A DNA stretch of 61,270 nucleotides, the filler included. It is 4 parts of 4 records of this genome, joined end to end, with 100 filler letters (N's around TTAATTAATTAA, not from the genome) between each part and the next. Parts side by side here need not be neighbours in the genome. Positions count along the whole stretch, not along the records: positions 10,825 to 29,094 come from SRR20825010_3666; positions 29,195 to 56,186 come from SRR20825010_3667; 2 more parts are not named here. One strand, written 5' to 3'. This document shows, piece after piece, positions 19,261-29,669 of the stretch. The notes below the pieces were generated by a model that saw only the letters and a program-made list of their open reading frames with translations, did not search any database and had not been told where the DNA came from. The position numbers were made by a program, and so were the translations under genes. Each line of letters opens with the position of its first letter. Position 1 is the stretch's first letter.

Positions 19261-21714
19261 TCAGTTCAGACATCGGAATTCAGCCGAGGCGATCAACGCT
19301 TGGCAGAATGCGGTCATCGCAAGTTCTTGTGTTTGCAAAAAGCGGCTGGATCTTCTTCGAGCCGGCCCCACGAATTCTTGGAAGAAGTCCACGCAGCTTC
19401 GGATCTCGGAATCAGTCGCGGGCCGGCCATAAGTCGCCAGGAACGCTGCGGCAACGCCATCGCGAGTGTTCTTGTGCTCATCGAGCAATCGCCGGCCCAG
19501 CGCCTCCGCGTTCTGCAGGACAAACTCATCGTTCATCAAATACAACGCCTGGGTTGGAACGTTCGACACGTCCCGTTTCGCATTGCTGAGACTCGGGTCG
19601 GCAAAATCAAACAACGCCAGTGAACGCGGCACGGCATCGCGAACGATCGGCAAATACACCGATCGACGATCGTTCAGTCCATCCAACAGCGAAGCGTCGA
19701 GTGTTCTGCCGATTCGGTTGTTTCCATAGCGAGCGATGGGCGATCCGATCGGACGTTCCAGATTCAGTCCACCGCCAATCGCAAGGATCGCATCTCGCAT
19801 GGATTCCGCATCCAACTGTCGAGGACTGGCACGCCAAAGCATTCGGTTGTCTGGATCGACTTCGTAGTTCGCCTCGTCCATTCGTGAACTCATTTGATAA
19901 GTTCGCGACAACACAATGTCGCGAATTATTGACTTCACGGACCAATCCTTCGCGAACTCCATTGCCAAGTGATCCAGCAACTCGGGATGCGAAGGAGCTT
20001 GCCCGGTCAGTCCCCAATTGTTTGGCGTCGACACAATGCCTTCACCAAACAGATGCAGCCAAATGCGATTGACCATCACACGGGCGGTCAATGGATTCTC
20101 GGGCGAAGTCAGCCACTGTGCCAATTCCATCCGTCCACTGGAATCAGACGGGATCGAGAAGTCGGAACTGTGCGGGAGAACTTGAACGAAACCCCGTGGC
20201 ACGCGTTGAGCGGGAGTCTCCACGTCACCGCGAACCAAAACCGCTGCGTCTTGGCAGGAATCGGATTCCTGCACACCCATCGCGAGCGTCCGCGGAGTGC
20301 CGTCGTCTTCAATCTCTGACAACACCCCTTGGATCAACGCGATTTGAGCCCGCAAGCGAATGACCGTTTGCTGTTGCGATGGATTGTCACGGTCGCGAAC
20401 CGCTTCGGCCATCTGAGAACGAACATCTCGCATTCGTTCGTTGAGGTCTTCGATTTCGTCGAGTGAATATTTTCTACCGGCGGGCACTTTGTCCTCAATC
20501 GGCAGTTGCAACAGATCCGATGCGTTTCGATTGGTGATCCCCTCAGCCGTTCCATAGTACGTGTTGGTGCTCTGAAAGATCCCAGCCATCGCGTAGTAGT
20601 CGGTCGTGGGGATCGGATCCAATTTGTGGTCGTGGCAACGGGCACAGGCAACGGTCAAACCCAAGAACGCTTTGGTCACCGTGTCGATCTGCTCATCGAT
20701 GATGTCCGCTTGGACTTGCCGCGGATTTCGTTCGACCAGGTTCTTGGTTCCGATCGCCAGAAACCCGGTTGCGATCAGGTTCTCTTGCCACTGTTCGTCA
20801 GTTTTGACGGGCAACAAATCACCGGCGACTTGTTCGGCGATGAAGCGATCATAGGGCGTGTCGTCGTTGAAAGAATCGATCACATAGTCGCGGTAACGCC
20901 ACGCATGCGGATACGTGTTGTTGGTGCTATTGCCGCATGATTCGGCATAGCGAGCCACGTCCATCCAGTGGCGTCCCCAACGTTCGCCAAAACGAGGGCT
21001 GTCGAGCAGTTCGTCCACCTTGGCCTCGATCGCCGCGTCGCGATCCTTGGCGGTCGCACGCAGAAACGACTGAACTTCATCGGGGGAAGGAGGCAATCCG
21101 ACCAAGTCGAACGAAAGACGACGTAGCAGCGTCGCTGCATCCGCATCGGCCGCGGGTTCCAGACCGTTGTCTTCCAATTTCGCGAGCACATAGCGGTCGA
21201 TCGTCGACTTGGCCCAATCCGAATCCTGGACATCGGGGGGCGTTTGATCGTGCGGTTTCTGAAAGGCCCAGTGATCTCGACCGGCTTCCAAATCGATCGT
21301 GCTTTCCACCGTGATCGATTCGCGAATGCGTGGATCGGGCAATCCCATTTCAATCCATCGTTTGAAATCTGCCAGCACATCGTCGGGCAGTTGGCCTCGT
21401 GGTGGCATCTCCCAACCGTTGTACGTGATCGCATCCCAAAACGGACTGTCCTCAGGATGGCCGGGAACGATCGACGGCCCTGACTCACCGCCCAACAGCA
21501 ATGCGTCTCGCGTGTCCAGTCGCAGGCCGCCCCGCGTCTTGCCCGATTCTGCTGAGTGGCACTCATAGCATTCGCGAACCAGCACCGGACGGATTCGATT
21601 CTCAAAGAACTCGAGTTGTTCCGGGGAGATTTCGGCGGTCTCTTGGGCCCGCGACTCAAGCGTACCGATCACGCTCAACGAAGCGACCAACATAGAAAAG
21701 ACGAACGTTTTCAT
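19261..21714 (-). CDS. Planctomycete cytochrome c / DUF1549 / DUF1553 (PSCyt1-PSCyt2-PSD1) protein
   Basis: FFENRIRPVL..CYECH; HWAF; ERWGRHWMDVARYAES; CARCHDHK; NPLTARVMVNRIW; PTQALYLMN. Confidence 0.93.
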   Translation of the reverse strand: MKTFVFSMLVASLSVIGTLESRAQETAEISPEQLEFFENRIRPVLVRECYECHSAESGKTRGGLRLDTRDALLLGGESGPSIVPGHPEDSPFWDAITYNGWEMPPRGQLPDDVLADFKRWIEMGLPDPRIRESITVESTIDLEAGRDHWAFQKPHDQTPPDVQDSDWAKSTIDRYVLAKLEDNGLEPAADADAATLLRRLSFDLVGLPPSPDEVQSFLRATAKDRDAAIEAKVDELLDSPRFGERWGRHWMDVARYAESCGNSTNNTYPHAWRYRDYVIDSFNDDTPYDRFIAEQVAGDLLPVKTDEQWQENLIATGFLAIGTKNLVERNPRQVQADIIDEQIDTVTKAFLGLTVACARCHDHKLDPIPTTDYYAMAGIFQSTNTYYGTAEGITNRNASDLLQLPIEDKVPAGRKYSLDEIEDLNERMRDVRSQMAEAVRDRDNPSQQQTVIRLRAQIALIQGVLSEIEDDGTPRTLAMGVQESDSCQDAAVLVRGDVETPAQRVPRGFVQVLPHSSDFSIPSDSSGRMELAQWLTSPENPLTARVMVNRIWLHLFGEGIVSTPNNWGLTGQAPSHPELLDHLAMEFAKDWSVKSIIRDIVLSRTYQMSSRMDEANYEVDPDNRMLWRASPRQLDAESMRDAILAIGGGLNLERPIGSPIARYGNNRIGRTLDASLLDGLNDRRSVYLPIVRDAVPRSLALFDFADPSLSNAKRDVSNVPTQALYLMNDEFVLQNAEALGRRLLDEHKNTRDGVAAAFLATYGRPATDSEIRSCVDFFQEFVGPARRRSSRFLQTQELAMTAFCQALIASAEFRCLN

Positions 21715-21769
21715 GGCGTCACGTGCAATCATGAAGTCTGACAGAGAAGAGATAAGAATGGGCATCCAA

Positions 21770-21793
21770 TGTGAGATAGGCTTCCAGCCTGTC
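21770..21793. repeat. Half of a Pirellulaceae-type REP (GTGxGATAGGCTTCCAGCCTGTC)
   Basis: Intergenic tgtgagataggcttccagcctgtc; similar to 19201-19255. Confidence 0.45.
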
Positions 21794-21849
21794 GTCCTTC
21801 AAAGCGAAACCCCCGGATCACTGACCGGCACCACCGGCGTCGGTCACCA

Positions 21850-22281
21850 TCATTCACCGGGGCGTTTGGGCTGCACGCCCTTGTCCTGGTTTCGTATCGC
21901 ACGTTGACCATCAGCTCCCGGTCGCATCCCTTCACGGCCTTGGCCTTGCCGACCTCGCATGCCTTGCATTCGATCTTCGCGAATCGCTGTCAGGGCTGCA
22001 GCGAGTTCTTTTTCATTGAGAGCACCATCGCCGTCCTTGTCATGGTCTTTGATCAATTTCGCTGCGATCTTGGTTGAGTCCAATTGCATACCGGCGCCCA
22101 TCCGCCGTCTGGCTTGCGGGTCGCGCTCGCCATCTTTGGCCATGCGGTTGGGTTTTTGAGCGAACGCGACTGACGAGATCAGTGGCAGGGCGGTTCCGCC
22201 GGCCAACAATTTCATCAAGAAGCGACGTCGCTGTGGGTGCTCTTCTGCAGGCTGACTCGAGCCAATGTTTTCGTTTGTCAT
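21850..22281 (-). CDS. Small Tat-exported EF-hand protein
   Basis: QRRRFLMK Tat signal; DKDGDGALNEKEL EF-hand loop. Confidence 0.8.
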   Translation of the reverse strand: MTNENIGSSQPAEEHPQRRRFLMKLLAGGTALPLISSVAFAQKPNRMAKDGERDPQARRRMGAGMQLDSTKIAAKLIKDHDKDGDGALNEKELAAALTAIREDRMQGMRGRQGQGREGMRPGADGQRAIRNQDKGVQPKRPGE

Positions 22282-22417
22282 TGTGAATTCCTGTTTGGGA
22301 ACTGGGGCAAAAAGATTGATCCAAAGGGACGGTTGGTGCAAAGTTTCAGGTAACTCGTCACGGAACGTCCTGTGGGACGCTTCGCACAAATGGCAACTGA
22401 AACTCTGCTGCTATGCA

Positions 22418-23890
22418 TCACTTCGGTCGTCGAGGAAAGAACGGGCGGATGGATGCGTCGACGATCACTCGAACGTGATCGCCTCTCCGGCCAAACGACA
22501 TCAGGCTCAAGTCGATGGTTCGGCGGTCTTCGCTGAGCGTGATGATGTCGCTGATGCGCATCGCGTCCAGTTCCAAACCTTGTCCAAACGGCAGGCTGGC
22601 GGCACTGCGGAATGAGAACCGGCCATCGGTTGCAAACAACGTTTTGTCTTGAACGATCACGCCGAGAATCGGTTGTTGAAACGTGATGCTTCCCTCGACC
22701 AATTCCAAGTCGCGAATCATGGGGCGTTGGCGGTTCGTTGGTGCGTCGGCCGGAACCTCGGGATTGAACATCAACAGGAACGAACGCACGCGGCGATCGG
22801 TCGGAATGTCCGATGGCAACAACTGCGTCGCCTTCGTGTATTTGCCGGGCTCGGTGATGTCGACCGAACAAGGGGCGTGCAATCGAGTCGCGTAGCCTTC
22901 GGGCAGTACAAAGACGCGACGGTCACTTTGGATTCGGTTGACAGAACGTGGCCAGGGAGGAGCGAACCGGAACGCGCCGGTTGATTTGACGATTCCCGAG
23001 CTGAACGGCCACAGTTTTTCAAAACGCTGAGTTTCAAAAGCAATGTCGCTCATGCTGCCGTCCGAAGACAGTTCGACGCTTTGGCCCTCGGTCAGCAAAC
23101 GCTTTTGATGATCCTTGTCCGTGACCACCTCCACTTCGCCGTCGAAGACCGACACCTTGGACAATCCCTCGCGGTCCAGTTCGATCCCAAACGCGGTTCC
23201 CAAGTCAATGACTTGCGCCGACGGCGTGTCGACACGAAAACCTTCGGCACCCGGCGGGACGGTGGCGGACAGAAGCCCGTAAGCCAATTTGGTTCGATCA
23301 ATCGATTGCAATTCGTACGATGCCGGGCCTTCCAGCGTGACCTCGACGCCACTGTCGAACTGCACCTGCACGATGCCGGATCGAAGACGAATGGTCTGGG
23401 CGTCCAAACGGTCGCCGGATTGCGAAGCGTGTTCGTCTTCCCACGTTGCATCGATGGACTGGACCAAAGTCGCAAACGTTGTGTCGGGCTCGCCATCAGG
23501 ATCCGCTGGTGCAACGGAATTCTGAGCGATGGATGGCCCCGTCGCTCCGTTGACATTGGTGGGGTCATCGGCCGTACGAATCGCCCATCCGGCAACCAAC
23601 AAAATCGCGGCTGCGATGGCGGCAATCGTCCACACCATCCGCTTGCCTAGCGGAAAAGTCGCGGGGGATACCGGAGACGACTCGATCAAATCCGATTTCG
23701 CCGAATCGGGATCCGTGAATTGTTGCCAACTCAGTTCAGCCGTCATCCGTTCGTCGAAGTGAACTGCGTCTGCGAATCGTTGCGCATGGTCTGGATTTGC
23801 GTTGATCCATGTTTCCAGTTCGGACAATTGATCTGGCGTTAGCGTTTCATCCAGGTAGCCGTCGATCAGCGTTTGAATGGGAGTGCTCAT
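22418..23890 (-). CDS. FecR-family anti-sigma factor
   Basis: TM helix, then GVEVTLEGPA...GFRVDTPSAQVIDLGTAFG...VSVFDGEV. Start overlaps the sigma factor stop. Confidence 0.9.
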   Translation of the reverse strand: MSTPIQTLIDGYLDETLTPDQLSELETWINANPDHAQRFADAVHFDERMTAELSWQQFTDPDSAKSDLIESSPVSPATFPLGKRMVWTIAAIAAAILLVAGWAIRTADDPTNVNGATGPSIAQNSVAPADPDGEPDTTFATLVQSIDATWEDEHASQSGDRLDAQTIRLRSGIVQVQFDSGVEVTLEGPASYELQSIDRTKLAYGLLSATVPPGAEGFRVDTPSAQVIDLGTAFGIELDREGLSKVSVFDGEVEVVTDKDHQKRLLTEGQSVELSSDGSMSDIAFETQRFEKLWPFSSGIVKSTGAFRFAPPWPRSVNRIQSDRRVFVLPEGYATRLHAPCSVDITEPGKYTKATQLLPSDIPTDRRVRSFLLMFNPEVPADAPTNRQRPMIRDLELVEGSITFQQPILGVIVQDKTLFATDGRFSFRSAASLPFGQGLELDAMRISDIITLSEDRRTIDLSLMSFGRRGDHVRVIVDASIRPFFPRRPK

Positions 23891-24405
23891 CCGTTTGCAC
23901 CCTCCGAAACGAATTTGTCTTCGATGCATTCACGAAGTTGTTCTCGGATCCGCTGCAAGGCTTTGGATACCGAGTTGGCCGTCATCCCAATTTGTTCGCT
24001 GATCGCGATCGGCTTGAGTCTCTTTTGATATCTCAGTTCGCAGATCTTTCGGGAGCGACCTGATAATTGATCAATGCACGTCGGCAAATGATCCAGTTCC
24101 TCCGGAGGCGATGATTGCTCGAACGTCGACTGCAAATTCGCGATCGTTTCTTCGTTGAACACCAGACGATCGCGTCGACGACGTCGCAGATACAAACTGA
24201 TTTGGTTGCGTGCGACGCCAATCGCCCAGCCCTGAAACGCTTGCGAAGAATCGTAGGATTCGAAGGAATTCAAAACCGCGAGCGCAGTCTCTTGCAGCAC
24301 ATCTTCGCGATCGCGGCGATCTCGAACCACCGACGCAACGAAAGCGGCCACCACCGGCTGAGCCGAGGTCCACAATCGGGTCGCATGGCGTGTTGAATCG
24401 TCCAC
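23887..24405 (-). CDS. ECF sigma-70 factor
   Basis: EDVLQET, FQGWAIGVARN, and C-terminal HTH VSKALQRIREQLRECIE. GTG start with AGGAG RBS. Confidence 0.92.
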   Translation of the reverse strand: MDDSTRHATRLWTSAQPVVAAFVASVVRDRRDREDVLQETALAVLNSFESYDSSQAFQGWAIGVARNQISLYLRRRRRDRLVFNEETIANLQSTFEQSSPPEELDHLPTCIDQLSGRSRKICELRYQKRLKPIAISEQIGMTANSVSKALQRIREQLRECIEDKFVSEGANG

Positions 24406-24625
24406 TCATAACTCCTGGAATTGGGTTTGCATCAGTTCCTTATCCGCTCGAATCAAATCATGACATGAAAGCGGCCGTTTTTTCGAAATTTGTGATTCCG
24501 CCGTCCTCCACGCGGCCAATTGTTCTCAATCGCTGGAGTACGATGGAGCCCCCATTCCCACCGCAGCAGACCGGCCTGAACAAACGTTTGCCTGCCTGTC
24601 CCCACCTCATGTACCCCACATCCAG

Positions 24626-25969
24626 ATGACTCAATCTGAAATTGAAAAGCAATTTCCCACGCTCGATCGACGTTCGTTCCTGAGCAGTTCCGTCACGAAA
24701 GGACTTGCCGTTGGAGCGATCGGAACAAGCGGTTCACTTTGGCGGTCATTGGCGTCTGCTGCTGATGGAAAGACGCCCAAACGCGTTCTGCTTCGGTCGT
24801 CTTGGCAAACCGTCAACATCGGCGACATCGCCCACACTCCGGGGGTACTCAGCATTCTTCGCGAGCACCTGCCCGACGTCGAAGTCACCCTTTGGCCATC
24901 GAACGTCGACAACGGTGTGGAGGCATTGCTGCGAAAGGAATTTCCAAAGCTGAAGATCGCTAAACCAAGGTCAGAGGAGTTGAAGCAGGCCTTTCAAGAA
25001 TGTGACTTCCTGCTGCACGGATCGGGAGCGTCCATCGTTGCCGAACGTGACTTGGTGCGGTGGCGAGAGGAAACGGGAAAGCCGTACGGCATCTATGGCA
25101 TCACTTTCCCGATGAAGAAATCTTCTGCCACGACGGCTCGCAACGAAGAAGCAATGGCTCGGTCGGTTGAGGTGTTGAGCCAAGCCAGGTTCGTCTTCTT
25201 CCGAGACAGCAAATCGCTGGAACTCGCCAAGAGTCTTGGAGCGTCCGCCCCTGTGATGGAATTTGGTCCCGACGGCGCTTTCGCGTGTGACTTGCGAGAC
25301 GAACCCGCGGCGGATCGTTTCTTGGCGGAGAACCGATTGGAGCCGCAGAAGTTTCTGTGTTGCATCCCTCGCCTTCGCTACACGCCGTATTGGACGATCA
25401 AACCCAACGTCAAATTTGATCCGATCAAGCACGCTCGCAACGAAGCGATGAAGGAACACGACCATGCACAGCTTCGCGAAGCGATCGTGCGGGTCGTTCG
25501 CGAAACGGACCACAAGGTATTGGTGTGCCCCGAGGATCGCACTCAGATGGCGGTGGGCAAAGAGATGCTGATCGATCGATTGCCAAAGGATGTTTTGTCA
25601 CGCGTCGTTTGGCGACCAAACTATTGGCTGACCGGTGAAGCGGTCAGCGTGTACCTGAAGAGCGGCGGATTGTTTGGCAATGAAATGCATTCACCGATCA
25701 TGTGCATCGGCCACGGCATCCCCGCGATCGTTTGCCGTTTTGAGGAACAAACCAGCAAAGGCTACATGTGGGAAGACATCGGCTTGGGCGATTGGTTGTT
25801 CGATCTGGATTCAGAAACGGATCGAAACCGCATCGTGCCAGCGGTCTTGCAGATGGCAAAAGATTTGGACGCCGCAAAAGCCAAAGCCAACAAGGCACGC
25901 CAGTTCGTCGAAAAACGCCAACGCGAAACCATGGCGGTTCTGCAGAGCGAGCTCGCCAGTGTGTCCTGA
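24626..25969 (+). CDS. Polysaccharide pyruvyl transferase family protein, Tat-exported
   Basis: DRRSFL Tat motif; NIGD, FFRDSKS, FGPDGAF, EMHSPI motifs. Confidence 0.8.
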   Translation: MTQSEIEKQFPTLDRRSFLSSSVTKGLAVGAIGTSGSLWRSLASAADGKTPKRVLLRSSWQTVNIGDIAHTPGVLSILREHLPDVEVTLWPSNVDNGVEALLRKEFPKLKIAKPRSEELKQAFQECDFLLHGSGASIVAERDLVRWREETGKPYGIYGITFPMKKSSATTARNEEAMARSVEVLSQARFVFFRDSKSLELAKSLGASAPVMEFGPDGAFACDLRDEPAADRFLAENRLEPQKFLCCIPRLRYTPYWTIKPNVKFDPIKHARNEAMKEHDHAQLREAIVRVVRETDHKVLVCPEDRTQMAVGKEMLIDRLPKDVLSRVVWRPNYWLTGEAVSVYLKSGGLFGNEMHSPIMCIGHGIPAIVCRFEEQTSKGYMWEDIGLGDWLFDLDSETDRNRIVPAVLQMAKDLDAAKAKANKARQFVEKRQRETMAVLQSELASVS

Positions 25970-26002
25970 CGATCGATCGTTTGGAGACTCTGAACGAAAG
26001 TG

Positions 26003-26467
26003 TTAAAGCTTAATGGGGCCGTCTTCGGGCGGATCGGTAAACTGCGGATGTGCCCCGGCCGGTAGATCGGGCACGTCAATGCCGGCCTTCGGTAGTGTAC
26101 CGGCCAACTCTTGTTTCCAATGGTCAACGTCTCCCGCAGGGCCATAGCAGTAGATGAACGTCGCGCTGACATCGCCAATGTTGGTCACTTGGTGACAGAC
26201 CCCCGGCGGGATGTGGACGATTTGTCCGGATGTCAATTCCCATCGCTCTTCACCGAGACACATTTCCGTTCGACCGGAGATGACGAAGTACACCTCCTCT
26301 TCTTCGTGACGATGCCAAGGCACTTGGCCTCCATTGGGTTCCAAGGTAACGAGCCCCATCGCGAAGTGATTGCAGTGAATTGGCGACGCACCGCCAACCA
26401 GATTTTGCGTCCGTCGCTTCGCCGGATAGCATCGGCCTTGAATGTTCTTCAGGTCTCCGACAATCAT
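26003..26467 (-). CDS. Cupin domain protein
   Basis: PWHRHEEEEVYFVISG and HIPPGVCHQVTN cupin motifs. Confidence 0.88.
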   Translation of the reverse strand: MIVGDLKNIQGRCYPAKRRTQNLVGGASPIHCNHFAMGLVTLEPNGGQVPWHRHEEEEVYFVISGRTEMCLGEERWELTSGQIVHIPPGVCHQVTNIGDVSATFIYCYGPAGDVDHWKQELAGTLPKAGIDVPDLPAGAHPQFTDPPEDGPIKL

Positions 26468-28335
26468 TCGTTTTCCTTCATCGGCATGGTAAGCGTCACA
26501 TTACGATCTTCCGTTGCCGAGACAGTCCAAGTTTGATCGCCAACGATGACTTGATAATCGCCTTTGAAAACACGTGAACTGACGGAACCTTTCTCATCCA
26601 AAATGCCATCGACATTGCTCATCCATTTTTGTTGGGTCAATCCTGTCCAGGCTTTGCCAAACGGTGTGAGGTTCCAATGAGTGTCATAGATCGCTGATCC
26701 TGGCCGCCAGTGCGCTCCCGCCCAAAACCCCCACGTGATGATTCCATCGACATCGGGGTGTGAAAAGCAAACGCTCAAAAAATCGCGAGTGAAATCGGCC
26801 ATCAATTGTTCATCTGTCACGCCAACATCAAATTCGGTGATGAGAATCTTCTTATCAAACTGACCCCAACGATCCAATTCGCGAATGAGGCGATGGGGAG
26901 GCGTCAAAATTTCTCCAAAGTGGCCTTGGATGCCGATGCCGTCGATGGGAGCACCTTCTTCGATCAAACGACGAATCGTCATTTCAAAGTGGTCCTTGTG
27001 GTAGGTGTTCACGCCGGCGCGGACCAAGCCAGCGTAGTCGTTGTAGTACAACGCGGCATTTGGCAAGACGCCGTCCGCTGACTTGAAGAACTCAGTGAAA
27101 CACTCGGCGCCGAGGTACTGTTCAAATTCGCGGTTATCGAATGTCTCGTTGAGCACATCCCACTCGACCACCCGCTCTCGAGTTGCAAAACCCATTTCGC
27201 GAATATGGGTATCAATGACTTTTTTCAAAGCGATCGGTGTGTCGTAAAGCGAGGTGATCCAATCGGGTGAGTTCTTTTGGGCGGGCCATACGAGCACGTG
27301 CCCACGGACCGCGATGCCATGTTCATTGCACCAATCCATCGCCGACAAGACCTGGTCGCGTTCGTCGCTGGTCTTTTGGTCCCAATATTGCCACTTCAAT
27401 CCATTTTCGATCGTCGCGACATTGAACAATTCCTTCAAGACTTCGCGGTATCTCTCTGCATCACTGTCGCTGCGTCCAATCATTTCCACGTTGGCAGCCG
27501 TGCCGAACCGGAAGGCATGTTTGGTCTGTGCAATCGACACGGCGTGACCCGAAAGTGGCATGCCCGACGCATCGAGAATTTTGAGTTCTAGATCGCACAT
27601 GCGGAGTTCTTCGATACGCTGCTCAGCTTCCCTTCGCCAAGCCGCGTCCAGCTCTCGCCCCGTGTAAGTCCTCGGCGACATTGGCAACGTCTTCAGGTCT
27701 GTTTCAGGCGGGTACCTCCAAACCTGCAGATTCGCAACTTCAATCCGTTGCGGCGAGTAGCCAATTTGAAACCCGACACCACATTGCCCAGCGTCATAGT
27801 CCTCTTCGGAGACACAACGGATCCAAACTTGCTTCCACTCGTTGTTGGGCGGAGTCTCTACGAGATACTGAACACTCTTGGTGTATGGTTCGCTTTGCTT
27901 TTCGAAAACAACTTCCACGACACCGCCGTCACCTTGAATGGCTTCGCCTTCCTTCGATAGAGACTCCCCTCGGACCCATGCTCCAATCAGAACGCGATCA
28001 CCTTTTTGGATCGCGATGTCAGACTTCGCTGATAGACTCGCGTCCCAAGTGTTGCGGGGTTGGTCAAAGACGGTGATCGAAACGGTCGGGACGTCCTTCA
28101 AGCCCGATAGATTGATCGAAGTCAGGCCGTCTGAACGAATGTCATGCCTCAGGCTGTCGGCAACATGGGATCGTATGTTTTCGGGCAAAATGGAGTTCGC
28201 TTGCATCAGCCTTTCGCCGCCGGCGGGTGCCTCCATCGGCAGCGAAACTTCATCAGCGTTGCAGTGGTTTGTGATGCCAACGAGGGCGGTCAAAAGCAGG
28301 ACGGCAATCCCGCTGAATGCGGTTGGTCTTGTCAT
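26464..28335 (-). CDS. GH10 glycoside hydrolase (endo-1,4-beta-xylanase-like) with N-terminal CBM-like domain
   Basis: ENGLKW, RGHVLVW, WDVLNE, YNDY, DGIGIQGH, ITEFD motifs; signal peptide from MTRP. Confidence 0.9.
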   Translation of the reverse strand: MTRPTAFSGIAVLLLTALVGITNHCNADEVSLPMEAPAGGERLMQANSILPENIRSHVADSLRHDIRSDGLTSINLSGLKDVPTVSITVFDQPRNTWDASLSAKSDIAIQKGDRVLIGAWVRGESLSKEGEAIQGDGGVVEVVFEKQSEPYTKSVQYLVETPPNNEWKQVWIRCVSEEDYDAGQCGVGFQIGYSPQRIEVANLQVWRYPPETDLKTLPMSPRTYTGRELDAAWRREAEQRIEELRMCDLELKILDASGMPLSGHAVSIAQTKHAFRFGTAANVEMIGRSDSDAERYREVLKELFNVATIENGLKWQYWDQKTSDERDQVLSAMDWCNEHGIAVRGHVLVWPAQKNSPDWITSLYDTPIALKKVIDTHIREMGFATRERVVEWDVLNETFDNREFEQYLGAECFTEFFKSADGVLPNAALYYNDYAGLVRAGVNTYHKDHFEMTIRRLIEEGAPIDGIGIQGHFGEILTPPHRLIRELDRWGQFDKKILITEFDVGVTDEQLMADFTRDFLSVCFSHPDVDGIITWGFWAGAHWRPGSAIYDTHWNLTPFGKAWTGLTQQKWMSNVDGILDEKGSVSSRVFKGDYQVIVGDQTWTVSATEDRNVTLTMPMKENE

Positions 28336-28597
28336 GGGGTGCGTTGCGGGGGAGGAAGCAAGGCCAAGCCAAATGTCTGGACGATGGTCTTGCAGGAATG
28401 GACGCGAATGAGAAATGTCAGCGATGGACCGGCAATCATAATCCACGATCACCCCACGCTGTCGCTGCCACTCCCGTTCGCCGGCTTTGGCTGCAATTCA
28501 AATCCAGGTCCATTAAAATCAACGTTGTAGTAGTCTCATCCTGAATCACAGACGACACCCTGTCGTCCAGAACTCCGTTGGGAGACCTCGACTTAAC

Positions 28598-28930
28598 ATG
28601 TCGTCACCGCAATTGACCCACGAAACATATGCTGACTTCGTCGCGTTAAATTCGTTCGCGGTGGTCCACTGCTGGGCGGTATGGAACGGTTACGATCACC
28701 AAATGAGGGCAGCGCTCGCCGAGCAAATGCCGCGTTTCCCGCAACTCACGTTCGCCGAATTCGACATTGACCCATCCGATCACCACCAAATTTGCCGTGA
28801 CTTGAACATGCAAGGGCCGCCATTTCTCGCCCTTTACCGTGATGGCAGTCTCGTCACGACCCGCGTTGGGCTGATGGAGCGTGCGGACTTGCATGCGTTT
28901 CTTGATGGCTTACTCAACCCTGCCGCATAG
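28598..28930 (+). CDS. Thioredoxin-fold protein lacking CxxC
   Basis: VVHCWAVWNGYD in place of xxDFWAxWCGPC; cis-Pro loop GPPFLALYRDG; GGAG RBS-like site upstream. Confidence 0.7.
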   Translation: MSSPQLTHETYADFVALNSFAVVHCWAVWNGYDHQMRAALAEQMPRFPQLTFAEFDIDPSDHHQICRDLNMQGPPFLALYRDGSLVTTRVGLMERADLHAFLDGLLNPAA

Positions 28931-29094
28931 GTCGTGTAACATTGTTTTTGCGAATTGCGAAAGGGCTTCGGCGCACCTCGGCTCTTTGGCAACGGGCCAT
29001 GAATTTGGATGATTTTTCGTATTTCAGGCGTCGTTCACTTCGTTCAGGGCGGTGTCTTAAAAAACTTCCGTTGTGCGGCACGTTAGTCGGTTGC

Positions 29095-29194
29095 NNNNNN
29101 NNNNNNNNNNNNNNNNNNNNNNNNNNNNNNNNNNNNNNTTAATTAATTAANNNNNNNNNNNNNNNNNNNNNNNNNNNNNNNNNNNNNNNNNNNN
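29095..29194. other. Artificial contig spacer
   Basis: N-run + TTAATTAATTAA + N-run. Confidence 0.99.
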
Positions 29195-29567
29195 CCTTTT
29201 GGCCTGGTGCCACCTTTCCTTCAATCAGGTTTTCCATGCCGTGGCCTTTTGGCGAAGAACGCACATAGATGAATGGAAGCTCCAATTCGTCAGCAAGCAA
29301 AGCGCCTTGTGGAATACCCGCAGTGGCTACTCCAGCAATGGACTGAGCTTCTGGGAACAATCTTTTACAGGCCTCGGCAAGTGCCTTCTTTATATAAGTT
29401 CTGGTTTCTGGAAATGAAAGCGATAAGCGGTTATCGCAATAAATTGGTGATTTCCAACCCGAACTCCATGTAAACGGTTGAGACTTATTTAGTTGAATTG
29501 CTTTTATTTCTAATAAATCGGAAGCAACTCTTAGTGCTGTATCTTTAGGGGTGCCTGTTTTTTCCAT
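29195..29567 (-). CDS. pyrE: Orotate phosphoribosyltransferase (3' truncated)
   Basis: FTWSSGWKSPIYCDNR; GVATAGIPQG; YVRSSPKGHG. Confidence 0.95.
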
Positions 29568-29669
29568 GGCACGAATTTAAGGGAATTTTTTTTCTGAAAT
29601 TTATAAACCCAACAGAGGTATTGTTCTTAAAAAATATTTCATATTAGCAAAAATTAGTGCTCACGATAG

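Noticed and set aside
11017-28530. Long antisense and alternate-frame ORFs in the planctomycete contig (also 56754-57920, 58364-59425, 59335-60630)
   Set aside because: These are shadow ORFs of real genes in GC-rich DNA with no recognisable motifs.
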